Below, piece after piece: positions 1 through 14,000 of a stretch of 64,000 bases of DNA. Source of the DNA: the human T2T-CHM13v2.0 reference genome, Homo sapiens; the NCBI RefSeq assembly GCF_009914755.1, contig NC_060928.1; one strand, 5' to 3'. Below the pieces are notes generated by a model. It was not told the origin of the DNA. It searched no databases and saw only the letters and a program-made list of their open reading frames with translations. Position numbers and translations under genes: made by a program. The number at the start of each line of letters is the position of its first letter. Position 1 is the first letter of the stretch.

Positions 1-1005
1 AACTTTTCTCATAGCTACCAGCTAACAATGATGGCAACATTTTGCCTCCTGTGTTGCCCTTTAAAAGGGCAATAGAAAAAGGCGTTAGAGTGAAGGAAGA
101 AAGCTTGCTGCTGAAAGACAGGAATGCTGCTTACTGTAAGCCTGGACAGCCCTAGTTTTCTCCATTCCGGGTCATGCTCTGAAGTGGGGCTGATGGCGAA
201 ATGTCACATCACCAGAGTACCCGCCTAGGGGAAGTACACCATGCTCATCACCCCATCAGAAACTTGGCCATTCCCCAAACTAGCATAATCTTAGTGAGGC
301 ATTTCCTGGGCACAAAAGTGTCTCATCTGCCACACCAAATTTGCAGATGCAATTTTTCCCCGTGTTTCCCTTGAAAAGAGAGTAGTAGTTATGAAAGCCA
401 CCAAGAAGCATAACATTCCAGGGAATATATATTTTTTCACTCAAGTGCTTTGAAAAAAGGTCTTAAGGTGGGTGAATTTAGGAAAAACTATTATATGTCA
501 GAATAAATTATTACATGAATCAGAACTCAGAGCATAGTGTCCGAATTACTACTGTTAGGTATAATTGTTACAGATTCCAAGTTTAAAAATACATTCTAAT
601 TTATTCCTTTAAAAAATTTTTTTTACATAATTCTTTGTGACTCTTTTTTGAGAAAAAAGAAAAGATCTTTTCTGCCTTTAGAGTAATACATAACAGAAAA
701 CCTTTTGATAGTTTTGAGAAATGGTAAGCATAATATCCAAATTACAGCAGTTCTCATTATAATGGCACTGAATAATCACCTCATTAGTAGTGATTATCTT
801 GATATTAACAGCAGTTCCCGACCTACAGATTTTTTTTGGCAAATGTTTAGTATGATTTGCAACAATGTGCAAACATTTTTTACTATATATTTTTTTACTT
901 CTCAGTATTGAAGGAATTAGTTGGATGAAGATTTATGAGATATTGGATAATGTGAAATGTATTGACTGTCAGGAATCTTGTTTCAAGGAACTGCACTCCT
1001 TAGGA

Positions 1006-1061
1006 GTATGTGTGTGTGAGTGTGTGTGTGTGTATGCGTGTTTGTGTGTGTGTGTGTGTGT
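1006..1061. repeat. Interrupted (TG)n microsatellite
   Basis: Direct reading: gtatgtgtgtgtgagtgtgtgtgtgtgtatgcgtgtttgtgtgtg... This explains the CVCVC run in ORF 865..1158. Confidence 0.95.
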
Positions 1062-3719
1062 ATCTTTCTTCATCATTTATTTTCTTGCATTATTATATTC
1101 TGAATCAAATTGCATTCTGGAAATGAATACTAGCATTAGGAGAAGCATTGCATTTTGATGGTGAATGATTTTGCAGAAATTATACACGGTTGATGGTAAC
1201 TCTGTCAGTATTGTTGAAGTGTTTTCCTATATTTAAAATTTTAAGTTAGCAAATATTGAGAGTCAGAAATTCCTTATCCTCCCATTTTCCACTGTGTGTT
1301 TGTTTAAAACCCTCACTTCAATAATCCAAATTTCCCTTTGTTCATTGCCATGAAAGGAATAACTTGATGAACAAAATGAGCCAACATTTTGTCGACTAAA
1401 GACATTTTTCCCTTTTTGTGTGCCATCATTTTTCTTAATTTAAATAACAAAGCCATTTAACTGGATACTTTTTAAAATTGAGAGATAAAAAGCACTATTT
1501 ATTAGCTTTAAAAAGTATTGCTTAATTCTTTATCCTCGTCTAACAAAAGATGGCTCTTTTGCCTTGGTCAATATTTTAACACACTTCTTTATTATGTTAT
1601 TATTTGTGATCTGAATTAAGTAAGAAATTTGCAAGAAGAAAAAACCTCAGAGGTTAAAATATTTGATTGTTGCGTTTTGAACACATTTTAAACATGCTAG
1701 TTGTTAGAAGCAAAAATCAAGAATCAAACCTTTATTCTTTGAAAACTACTTAAAATAAAATGTTTTTATGAGTCAAATTAGTACTTTGGAAAGGACTCTG
1801 GAATGCTTACATCATACATAAACCACAGAGTCATCGCCACATTGGTTGAAATGAATACTTATTGTGTGGAAAGTGTTTTGGAACAAATGTGTTAGAAAAA
1901 TGCATTTCAGGGAGATAGCTGGCAAAGCAACTTAGTGTTATATAATCAGGACTTCTCCTTAAATGCTTTTTTATTCTACCTATTCTATTATATAAAATCT
2001 AAAAATGTCTCTTTGAAGAACCAATTCATTATATTTCCTTTTATACTTCTTTTGGATATAAGATGACAAGAATATCAAAGTTCTTGAAAATAGGGAACAT
2101 CTCAAACATAGCTCTTTAGGTGGTTTCACTAAAGATTAGGTAACATTCTGCCAACTTCAGAAACCCATCTGATTTAGAAAATCATCCCATGGCAGAGTAG
2201 TCTGTATTCATGATGACAGAATTCTCTGAGCTTCCCTTTCACACCTTCTGCTTCCTAGTTTCTTGTGACATTTTTTTGAGGAAACCTAGCAAGAATAAAG
2301 TTCAACATAGGAAATCTAAATGATGAATCATATGATGCCTTTTAGAAAAGAACCAATAGTTCCTTCTAGAGGAAGACTATGACCAGGCTATTTGCAAACA
2401 GGGTGTCATAGACTGTTTGCTTTCTTTCATCTCAATGATACAAGAAATATGAATAAATGCTGGTGATATTTCAGGAACAATTAGCAAACACTAAACTGTT
2501 TAAGTGTTACATGTAAGCAAGGAAGAGATCACAATGCCAGAGGAGATCCCACAAGATCAATGCTTTCTAGATGCTTTTATATTTAACAAACTGTGTGGAA
2601 AGCAGCATTAGAACATTGAAGCCTATCTGTTATATACATTTATAAATTAAGTTGAATCGTAGTTCTATTGATGCAGACAATTTGTCAGCATTTAAAAATT
2701 AAGACTTTTGGTACACTAGTAATAAAAACACAACTTGTGCTCTGAAGTGAAAAGTTACAACATTCAATCATTGATTTTCTGCCTCTTGTTGGAATGAGAC
2801 TGACTGAAGTCTGAACAATGCTGCAATTGAAACATCAGTTCTCACAAAATACATCCCGTTTCTCCCAGGGATGAGCATGTCGCTCCAGGTCTGGGTTTTC
2901 TTACTTTTTTTTCAATGCTTAAATATTCCTCTGTCAATTAAAGGATGGATATGTGCTCAAGTAGGCAAGTAGGCATGGCAAAATTGCATAGAAACCAGAC
3001 AGAACATTAATATTCCCACAAAGCAGCAAGAGAGAACAGGGAGCTTTTCCTGCTTTGATTAGTTACAAGAGTTGTGGCAAGATGTGCTTTAAATTATTGG
3101 TTTCTCTTAATGTTTTCTAGTTCTCTATCATTTTCTTTCTATTCTTCCTGGGGACAGTTTTATACAAACACAAAAAACTATAACAACAACAAAAAAAACC
3201 TACCCAACCCCAAACTCTGATTAGGCTGACGATGTTCTTTAACTCAGTATTTTGATTTCTAATAAATGTAATATTAAAAATTTTCCTTTGTACAGCAAAT
3301 TTACATTAGGGATTGGGCATAGGCAGCATTATTATCTTCATTTTGATTTTTGGAACATTTCAGAAGATTCTGATACTAATTGGATAATAATAATAAATTC
3401 AGAGTAAATTTGTGCTTTTGGTCCATATGATGCTCAATATGCTATTGCAATTTAATATCCATTAAATTATATGATTTTTCATTTCTTTCATTTTATATAT
3501 GAAGAAAAATAGGGCCCCTCCAGACATTCATTCTTGTTGAGAAAGGGATAGTTGAAGTATCATTCAAAATATACATAGTTCTAACACTTAAATTACTTGC
3601 TGAAGAAAAACAATCATCCACCCGAGCAACCAACCAACCGGCCAACCAAAAGACCCTTTGTGAGAATATTAGAATGATTATTTACTGGTGTGTGAACTCT
3701 ATACAAGGAACTCCAACTC

Positions 3720-3833
3720 CTGAACCTATTTCTTTATCTCCGAAAGAGAAATAAAAATTATAATAGCATCTACCCTATTGAATCGTTGTGAAGAGTAAAT
3801 GAGAGAAGACATGCAAAGTAAGTGATACACAGT
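3720..3833 (+). mobile_element. MIR SINE fragment
   Basis: ataatagcatctacc...gttgtgaagagtaaatgaga...atgcaaagt resembles the MIR core and 3' part. Confidence 0.6.
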
Positions 3834-3836
3834 TTG

Positions 3837-4230
3837 TGTTATGGACTGAATGTTTGTGTTCCCCACAAATCATAGGTTGATTCCATAACCCCAAAGTTAC
3901 AGCATTTGGAGACGGGGCCTTTGGGAGGTAATTAGGGTTAGACAAGTTCACAGGGGTAGGGCCCTCATGATGGGATTAGTTCCCTTATAAAAGGAGACAC
4001 CAGAAAGTTTTGTTCCTTCTCTATTTCTGTGTGTATGCAAAGAGGTTATGTGAACACATGCGGAGATGACTGTGACCTACAAGCCAAGGGAAGAGGACTT
4101 AGAATAAAACCTACCTTGCTGGCACCTTGATCTTGGACCTTCCAGCCTCTAGAACTGTGAGAAATAAATTCTCATTGTTTAAGCTGTTCAGTATATGGTA
4201 TTTTGTTATGGCTACCTTAGAAGTCTATGT
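3837..4230 (+). mobile_element. MLT1A-like MaLR solo LTR
   Basis: Starts tgttatggactgaatgtttgtgttcccc; contains ggggcctttgggaggtaattagggttaga, ccagcctctagaactgtgagaaataaatt and a tatggtattttgttatggc terminus, all typical of MLT1A. Confidence 0.85.
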
Positions 4231-5289
4231 TAGCTAGGACGATGATCATAATCATGATCATGGAATAAAGTTATCTAGACTATGTGAAGGCCCTAGTCTC
4301 CATTGCTCCTTGATTCGTTACTTTATTATGCTAATTAATGATATATTATAAGATTCTCTGAGAGGAAGTACTTATTTTATTTACTCTTCTATCTTCTGCA
4401 ATGTATAATACAAGTTCTGTGTACAGTAGATGCTAAAATTACAAATAAAAATCTGACTTTATGCTAACTTGAAGATTTGATTAGATAGGATTTCTTCATG
4501 ATCTACCCCACAGCCATTCTCTGTTTCTACTTTGTTATTATCTTAGTCATACTTTCATACATATTATAAACTAATTTTACATCAAATTTTATAGAAAAAA
4601 GATGTGTGCCATATTTTCTGTGTGTGAATTTGTGTATTGCATTTTAACTGCAAAAAAAAGATGTATGCTCTTTGGCTGCAAAAAAGATGCATGCTCCTTT
4701 ATCAGGGTCAAATGAAAATAGCTGCAGTTGTCTAGATGTGAATGCATGGCAATGGCATACACAAGCCTTGGCTTATAAAACGTTTTTTCTTTGGATGATT
4801 ACAGCCTACCTGCAAAGCTGATTGAATTTAAATAATGGAGGAATAAATATTCTAAATATTTCATTAGCTCCTCACTGTGTAAATGATAGAAATGAAAAGC
4901 TATGTCCTATCTAATATATGGGTGTGGTAGTAGCAAAAATAAACAATTAGATGAAAGTGCCCTATTTATAGAAAAACTGATGTGCCTCACTTGTATAAAA
5001 TGTGACAGTAGATTATGAAAATATTTTTATTCCAAATCTCAATTATGGCTAAAATCAAATGCTCAATTTTTTTGCCCTTGCTTTCCTACTTTTTAATACC
5101 GGCTAAGTCCAAGATTATTGTGGGCTAAGAAAGAACTCATCAGGAGGCCTGTGTTCTCACCAAAGAATATTCAACTAACCATCAATAGTTCACTATCAGC
5201 AACAACCACCACAAGCATAATATTTATTGGAGGTTTTCTGTGAAAATGCACAATGAAGGGCTATGGAGATAGAAATTTAATTTTCATAA

Positions 5290-5400
5290 TAGTTCAATGA
5301 TAATTATCCCCATTTACACATAAGAAACCTAAGGTGTAGAGAGATTAAATAACTTGTCCAATTTCACACAAACTACAAATTGATTTCAACCGGGACTGTG
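5290..5400 (-). mobile_element. MIR fragment
   Basis: attatccccatttacacataagaaacctaaggtgtagagagattaaataacttgtccaa is the antisense MIR core. Confidence 0.7.
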
Positions 5401-5415
5401 TGTTGGTAAATGCTA

Positions 5416-5948
<533 letters not shown>

Positions 5949-6029
5949 TTAAATGGGAAATACATGTTTAGTAAATTTGTGAATTATATGTGTAAATTAT
6001 AATGCCTTCTAAGCAAATCTCAATGTAGA

Positions 6030-6265
6030 CAGGCATTATAGCATAGTGATTAAGACCACAATCATAGAAGTCAATCTGCTACTTATTAGCTGTGAAGCCT
6101 TGGGCAAGTTACTTACCCTCTATGGGCATCAGTTTTCTAACCTATAAAATGGGTATAATAATGGTACCTCCTTATCCAGTTGTTATCACAGGATTAAATG
6201 AGGTAATAATATTTGTAGAACACTCAGCATAATGCTTGGCATATAATACTCAATAAAAGTTCATT
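6030..6265 (+). mobile_element. MIR SINE, near full length
   Basis: gcatagtgattaaga...agctgtgaagccttgggcaagttactt...cagttttctaacctataaaatggg...ggattaaatgag...ctcaataaa. Confidence 0.85.
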
Positions 6266-7041
6266 GTAATATCATCATTACATCTATATAAGACATGGAA
6301 AACATAGAATCTTGGTTTTGTTTGTTTGTTTTTTAGTTTTAGTGTTTCTCCCCAAGTTGTCAGAAACCAATCTAAAGAAAACCTGGATCCTTTAGTTTCC
6401 CAGAACAAGTATCATTTACTTTCCTCTTTTGTTTTTGTGGCTCTTTGCTTTTTCTAGTTAATATCACTTTCCTTTCTTCTCCTTTGCAACTGACCTATTA
6501 ACCTCTTCCTCTCTCAGGGAATAAAACAATCCAACAACTATGACGATAAAAGCAACCTCTCTCTGCAGCTTACTCTTTCTCAGAATCCTGCAGCACAAAC
6601 TTGACCACCTCTCTTAATGGCGGCCTTTGAATTCTCCCTCTCCTACTCCTCAGATTCTCTGTGGCACGGGATGAAGGTCCATGGGAAGGCCACTAAAGTG
6701 CTGAAGTAAGCCAAAGTTATTTCCAATGAGTCTTGTAAGAAAGGGAGGAAGTGATCTGAGCAAAAAGGAAAGGGAAGAGCATTATGGAAAGTGAAAACAT
6801 CAAAAACAAATGTGCTGCAATACATTTCACTCTTGATAGTTCCTTTGGAAAGAACCTTCTCTGGTAATTGTTGGGCAATGTCACAGCTTTTGAGTGCTAT
6901 GACTCTTCTAAAGATTTTTGTAAAAATGGTTGTTATTCTTATGAAAATTGTACAATTTATAGTCCCATCAACTCGGGATAGGTTTAGGGCTAACTCTAGG
7001 CAAACAGTTAAATATGAATAATTACCGTTAATATTTTTGAA

Positions 7042-10000
7042 GTTTCATTTTTATTTTTGATTGACACATAATAATTGTACATATTTATGGGGTGATGATT
7101 TTATATACACCCACAACATGTGATGATTGAATCATGGTAACCAGTGTATCTATCACCTTAAGTAGTAAAATTTTTTTTGTGGTGTGAATGTCCAAAAATC
7201 CTCTTCCAGCTATTTTGTAACATACAGTACATTATTGTTAACTATAGTAGTTTTACTGTCTCATAGGACACCTGAACATATTCCTCATATCTAACTGTAA
7301 CATTGTACTTACCGACCAATCTTTCCCCTCCCCTATCTTCAGCCTCTGGTAACCACTACTCTATTCTCAATTTCTACAAGATCAACTTTTTTTTAGATTC
7401 CACATATAAATGTGATCATGTGGTATTTTTTTTTGTGCCTGGCTTATTTCACTTAATATAATGTCTTTCAGGTTCATCCATGTTATTGCAAATGACAGAA
7501 TTTCATATTTTTTATGGCTGAATGGTATTCCATTATATATATTTTATATATGTGTGTGTGTGTGCGTGCGTGCATGCATGTGTATGCATATAACACTTCC
7601 TTTATCTATTCATCTGTTGATTCTACATTTTGGCTATTGTGAATAGTTCTGCAATAAACAGGAGAGTGCAAATGTCTCTTTGACATGCTGATTTCATTTT
7701 AATTGGAGATAAACCCAGTAGTGGGATTACTGGATCATATGGTAGTTCTATTTTTGAGGAACATCTATCCTGTTTTTCATAGTAGTTGCACTAATTTACC
7801 TTTTCACCAAGAGTATGGAAGGGTTTCCTTTTCTCTACATTCCTGCAAGCATCTTTTACCTGTTGTGGTTTTGGTAATTCCAACAGATGTGTAGTCATCT
7901 CTTATCGTGGATTTGGTTTGAAATTTCCTGATGATCAGTGATGCTGGAAATTTTTTAAACCTATTAACCATTTGTGTATCTTCTTATGAGAAATGTCTGT
8001 TTAATTTTTTTGCCATTTTAAAAATCTAGTTATTTGTTTTCTTGCTATTGAGTTGTCTGAGTTTCTTATGTATTTTAGATATTAATCTTTTCTCAGATTT
8101 ATAGTTTCCAAATATATTCTCCCATTCTGTAGATTGTCTCTTCACTCTGTTGATTGTTTCCCTTGCTGTGAAGAAGCCTTTTAGTTTGATGTAACCCCAT
8201 TTGTCTACTTTTGTTTTTGTTGCTTGGGCTTTTGAGGTCTTATCCAAAAAAATCTTTGTCCAGCCCAAGGTCATGAAGCATTTCTGCCATGTTTTCTTCT
8301 AGTAGCCTCATAGTTTCAGGTCTTACATTTAAGTGTTTAATCCATTTTGAATTGATTTTCATATATGGTGAGAGATAAGGGTCCAATTTCTTTTTGCATG
8401 TGGATATGCAGTTCTCCCAACATCATTTATTGAAAAGACTGTTCTTTCCCCCATTTGTGTTCTTGGCACTTTTGTCAAAAGTCAATTGATTATTAGTATA
8501 TGGGTTTATTTCTGGGCTTTCTATCCTATTCCATTGGTCTATGTCTCTTTTTATGCCAGTACCATGCTGTTTTGATTACTATATCTTAGTGGCATATTTT
8601 GAAGTCAAGTAGTGTGATGCCTCCAGTTTTGTTCTTTTTACTCAAGATTACTTTGGCTATTCAGGGTCTTTATGGTTCCATATGAATTTTAAGATAGTTT
8701 TTTCTATTTTTTAAGATAGTCTTTGACATTTTATTGAGGATTGCATTGAATCTGTATATACTTTGGGTAGTATGGACATTTTAACAATATTAATTCTTCC
8801 AATCCATGAATGTGAGGTATCTTTTCATGTATTTGTGTCTGCTTCAATTTCTTTCATCAATGTTTTACAGTTTTCATTGTAAAGATTTTTCATCTTGGTT
8901 AAATTTATTCCTAAGTATTCTATTTATTTGTGGCTATGGTGAATGGGATTTTTTTAATTTCTATTTCAGATAGTTATTAGCATATAAAAATATTACTGTT
9001 TTTTGTGTGTTGATTTTATATCCTGCAACTTTAGTAACTTTATTAGTTCTAGCAGTTTTCTGATGAAGTTTTTAGGGTTTTCTATGTATACAAGCTTATG
9101 TCATCTGCACATAGGAACAATTTAACTCCTTTGTTTCCAATTTGAATGCTGTTTTTTTTTTTTTTTCTTGAGACAGTGTCTCACTCTACTGCTCAGGCTG
9201 GAGTGCAGTGGTGCCATCACGGCTTACTGAAGCCTTGACCTCCCAGGCTCAAGTGATCCTCCCACCTCAGCCTCCTGAGTAGATGGGACTACAGGTATGT
9301 GCCATCATGCCCAGCTAATTTTTAAAAATATTTTGTAGAGACAGGGTCTCCCTATGTTGTCCAGGCTGTTCTTGAACTCCTAGGCTCAAGCAATTGGATG
9401 CCTTTTATTATTTTCTCTTGCTTAATTGCTTTACTTAGGACTTCTAGTACTATGTTGAATAGAAGTGGTGAAAGGATACGTTCTTGTTTCAGGTTTTAGA
9501 GGGAAAGCTTTCAACTTATTCTTCTCATTCAGTACAATGCTAGTGTGTGTTTGTCAGATTTGGCCTTCACTGTGTTGATGTACACAATGTACCTGATTTG
9601 TTGAGATTTTTTATTGTTTTTATCACCTTTTGTACCTAATTTGTTGAGAGTTTTTATCATGAAGAAATGTTGGATTTTATCAAATGCTTCCTAGCATCTA
9701 TTGAAATGATATGTTTTTTGTTCTTCATTCTGTTTATGTGATATGTCTTGTTTATTGATTTGCATATGTTGAATCATCCTTGCATCTCTGGGATGAATCC
9801 CACTTGGTCATGGCGAGTGATCTTTTGAATGTGCTGTTGGATTCATTTTGCTAGTATTTTGTGGAGGATTTTTACATATATGTTCATCAGGGATATTGGC
9901 ATATAGTTTTCTTTTTCTTTTTTTTTGTATTCTGTTCTTGTTTTGGTATCAGGATAACGCAGGCCTCACAGACTAAGTTTGGAAGATTTCTCTATTCAAT

Positions 10001-10172
10001 TATTGAAATAGTTTGAGAATTGGTATTATTTCTTCATAAAATGTTTGGTTGAATTCAGCGATGAATCCATAAGGTCCTGGGCTTTTCTTTGATGAGATAA
10101 TTTTTATTACTGATTCAATCTCCTAAACCATTATTGGTCTGTTCAGCTGTTCTATCTCTTCAAAGTTCAATT
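7042..10172 (-). mobile_element. Old L1 (L1MA-type) 3' UTR plus ORF2 3' portion, 5'-truncated, interrupted by an Alu
   Basis: L1MA-type 3' end ttgattgacacataataattgtacatatttatgggg. ORF 8026..8274(-) translates to L1 ORF2-like KAQATKTKVDKWGYIKLKGF...EWENIF. Confidence 0.9.
9152..9392 (-). mobile_element. 5'-truncated AluJ inserted into the L1MA
   Basis: Poly-T then gagacagtgtctcactc...ctcccaggctcaagtgatcctcccacctcagcc (AluJ-type). Degenerate TSD caatttgaatgc (9138) / caattggatgc (9391), and the L1 sequence resumes after it. Confidence 0.9.
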
Positions 10173-10519
10173 TTAAGAAATTAATGTTACAATACTATTA
10201 ATAGCTATACTATAAGTAACATTATGTTCCATTTTCCAATCATGAAATAATTTTATGTAATATATTATTTGATCCTTAAATAATCCCATTGAAAAGTTAG
10301 CTAGCATTAGTATCATTTTGCCATTTTATAATGTGGAATCAGAAGGTTACTGATTTTAAATAAAGCCACTTGACTATTGAATGGTAGATCTAGGATATAA
10401 ATTCAAGTATTCAGATTTTATTCTCATGCTTAACTACTATCCCTTCAGTGATAACTCAAGAGTGACCAGACATGGGTAGAGCCTGATGTCTTGCCAGATT
10501 GATAACAAATGATTGTGGA

Positions 10520-11000
10520 GCCCTACAGTTTTACAGACACTGTGCTAGACATTGGGGTGAGAACTGTGACCAAGAGAGATGAGATGTTTACCATCCTTAA
10601 GTTTATGAAATAGGAGAGAGAGTAAATACAAAGAACAAATTAATATATAGGATATTTATTGATTATGGTAATGCTATCTATGAAGAAAATTAACAGCATG
10701 GTAAGACAGAGAGTAACTGGGGGAAGCCATTTATGGTAGGATGATTAGGTGAGATGGTGATGTTGAAAGATGTGAGTAAAGGTGAGAATACAGTTAAAAG
10801 ATGAGAATATGCTGCTACAGAAAAGGCCAGTGGAAGTGCATTCCAGCCTAAACCGAAACTAGAAAAACTTGGATATAGGAAAATAAATGTTGTCATATGG
10901 GACAGACAGTGAACTACTGTAGCTGGATTGTGAGGAGTGAGGAAGAGAGTGATTGAAAGTTGAAGAGGAAACAGAAGCCAAATTATGGAGTAAGTATAAA
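10520..11000 (-). mobile_element. L2 3' fragment
   Basis: cagacactgtgctagacattgggg...atgctatctatgaagaaaat...ggtgatgttga resembles the antisense L2 3' end. Confidence 0.6.
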
Positions 11001-14000
11001 GGGAGAATTTTGGAAGGTCAGTCCAGTTCACGAAGGCAATCTTAACTGCATTCCAGACTCAATCCACAAGGGTAGACTCCTGGCAACCATGTTTGTATAT
11101 AATCCCACTTCCTTGGCCAGAGTTCTCATGCAATAAAAATATATTGAACATCTGCTATGTGCACTGTGTAATAGGTGATCAAAACACATGCAGTTGCTGC
11201 CCTTGTGCAGTTTTAAAGTTCAATACACGTGTGCCCAGATCCAAGAATGGCCAGTTAGAACTTTTTTCTAGGAATTTGAAACTGGGAACTAGAGAGGGAT
11301 TTGGTTTCTGTGTATCTGGAGCTATAACATGAACACTAGGAGCTGCTGGAAACCAAATTCTGCCACATCATCTGGGAAGTCCAGAAGTCCAGTCTGCAGA
11401 GACAGAAGAATGAAGGACACAGAAAGAGATAAAACTCTCATGATCCCTGTTGGCTTTACATTCATGGATTTTAGTCCTTCTAGAAGCTGTGTTGCATTCA
11501 GCAGCCTTGTTCTTTGAGATAACTTATAATCCTGTAATATAGTCCTCATATTTCTAATATGTTCTGAGCTATTTTGTGGTTTTCAGTAAAGTAAATTTAA
11601 TGTATATTCTAGACCTAACTAGGGCAGGACAGGCTCAGGAAAAATTAGCTCTAGGGCTTAAGCATGACAAGATTTGAGAGTTAGGTGAATAATTTGTAAT
11701 CCTAGAAGATAAAACAAGCAAGCAAACAAAAAAAAAAACCCACACACCTCTTCACGTGGTTATTAGAAATTTGGAGCATTGGGTGCGGGGAAACACCATT
11801 TAAAAAAATGGAAAAAGCACTCCATTGATGATGATTATGGTAGTGATGCTATAGATGATGAGAAGATGCCATGTACTAAGAACTAAATATTTGCCAGATA
11901 GGGAATAAATATAGTGTACTTCACTGAAGCATCTGTCAGTCTCTAAATTATCCCCTTCACAAACTCACAAACGCAGTAACAAGATGGACAGATTCCAGTG
12001 AGCCATGTTTAAACATGACCTCTCCCCTACATCCACATCTGATGGGAGTATTTATTTATTAAACAGATATTTATTGAGTACCTATCATATATGGAGTGGT
12101 GAACCAAACAGATAACATTTCTGCTTTTTTGGGGCTTTTGGCAAAGATAGGACGGTAAAGATAGAATGAGCTAAGGTACTATGCTTGATGCTTCCAGGTA
12201 GATTCACCCTAACCCTCCAAAGTAAGTAGTGGTATTCTTATTTTACAGAGAAGAAAGCTAAGCTCTCTTTCCCTAACCAGGGAAATTAAGTTGCTAATAA
12301 CTAGAAAGTGAATAAAGGGCAAAGGCAGCTGTATCCTAACTCTGAGCCTTTCTGAAGTCTGTGATTATCCTAGTTGCACCATTTATGTCCCATAAGCAGG
12401 ACACAGAAACATTTAGCTGTGATCTATGGGCTGGAAAGTGACAACTACTGCTGCTGCTAGGATAGGAAGCTTGGCGCTGGACACCTCAATGTACAGCTGG
12501 ACTGGCAAAGCACTAAACATGTCCATCACCATGTTTGCTAGGAACGGCAAACTATGAAACCTAGAGATGGTCTCCTCCTCACTTCTGTCTTCCAAATTTT
12601 GCATAAGTACACCTTATTGTCAGCACCTAGTTTGCACTTAGAACACCAACTGCAAAGGAGTCTGGGGAAATGTAGCTTTCAGGTTTCCAGCCTCCGAATG
12701 AATGATAGCACACCAGGAGGAGGGGAGAAATTCTTAGCAACCCAGTGCTTAGTATTTGGCATCCCATTACATTAAGATGCCTTGAATATTTGCTTAGAAA
12801 TGTGATATTTCATACTGGCAGGTTTGGACATGCAGGGGTTTGTCTGGTGTTGTTTGGGATTTTTCTAGGTTTTGAGTCACTCCACATGTTTTTGCCACAC
12901 AATTAATTACTTGTACCATTTCAAATTAAAGGAGACTTTATAAAGAGATACCTATGTGCAGACTCAAGAGCGGACTGAAATACCTGGGAGTCAGAAGCCT
13001 AAAGTTTGTGTGTATATTTTTTTCCCTGCAGGTTCCCAATAACTGTGTGTCACCTTCAACAAGATCTCTAGCCTCTTTGGGTTTTTCAGCGTTTTCTCCA
13101 CTGTAACAAGAATAATGGCTCTCGCCACTTCTCTGCCTCTAAGGGTGTTGTCAGAATTAATGAGACATCAGGGTGAAAAGCTTTCTACATTTTTTTCCCC
13201 TCAGAGAATGCTGGAAAAAAAAATAGAAGTAATATCTGTATTTTGTGAAGAACTTTTCTTTCTGCATGTCTTCATAACATTTAGAAAAGAGTTTACAGAT
13301 TTTTTTTTTTTTGAGCAATGGCAATTACCATAGGTGTTACATATAATAAGGGAACTTTATCTGTCAAGAGAAACAAAGGAGAAACTAAAAACTTGAGTCA
13401 GAGAAAGTATGCTCCTGGCTTACTCTTTAATGGAATGAGTAGGAGGGCTGAGAAAATCACAAGTAAAATATTACTGTACAGAGAGCATCTGAAAGTAGGA
13501 GGAGAAACTACTTAATTAAAGTTGCCACCCTCAAAGTAGAAAAAGAAAAGTGATACTGACTGCTGACAAGTTGCTGAAATGCCTTAGATATACTGGAGAG
13601 AGAAGATGAAAGTTGGAGGTCAAAATCTTTGTGCTTTAGGGTTAAACTGCTCAGATCAATGATAATAATATCACTGATCATTATGTTCCATTGGAAGTTA
13701 AACTCTAACGAGTTAAAAATGTTCTCAACCATTTAATTAATTATTCAATGAATTGTTTGTTAACATAGGCAACAAGTACTATATCAATTCTCTCACTTCA
13801 GTGGAATGCAATACTCTGGATTCTGATGGGTGTTAATGCTGTCAAACATGCACATCTTAATAAGATTTATTCTTGGCCATCTGTAGATAATGACTTTCTA
13901 AATAAAGCTGTTCTTGGAGACAGAAAATATTCAACTCTGATATTTATAGTACTGTCCATATTTATAATCAAGTTGCTTTTTTGTTTAGAATCCTTTGTTT

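Noticed and set aside
135-224. Minus-strand exon-like segment (cttcccctag| ... |gtaagc)
   Set aside because: All three frames contain stop codons and there is no partner exon, so it is not supportable as a coding exon.
4648-4700. Short tandem duplication ctgcaaaaaaaagatgtatgctc x2 (similar ones at 15961-15995 and 60344-60391)
   Set aside because: Two-copy slippage duplications with no spacer structure; not CRISPR-like and common in mammalian DNA.
11040-12690. Possible old LTR33/MLT1K-L-like LTR fragments (also 37060-37430)
   Set aside because: Too diverged for me to assign family or boundaries by eye; needs RepeatMasker.
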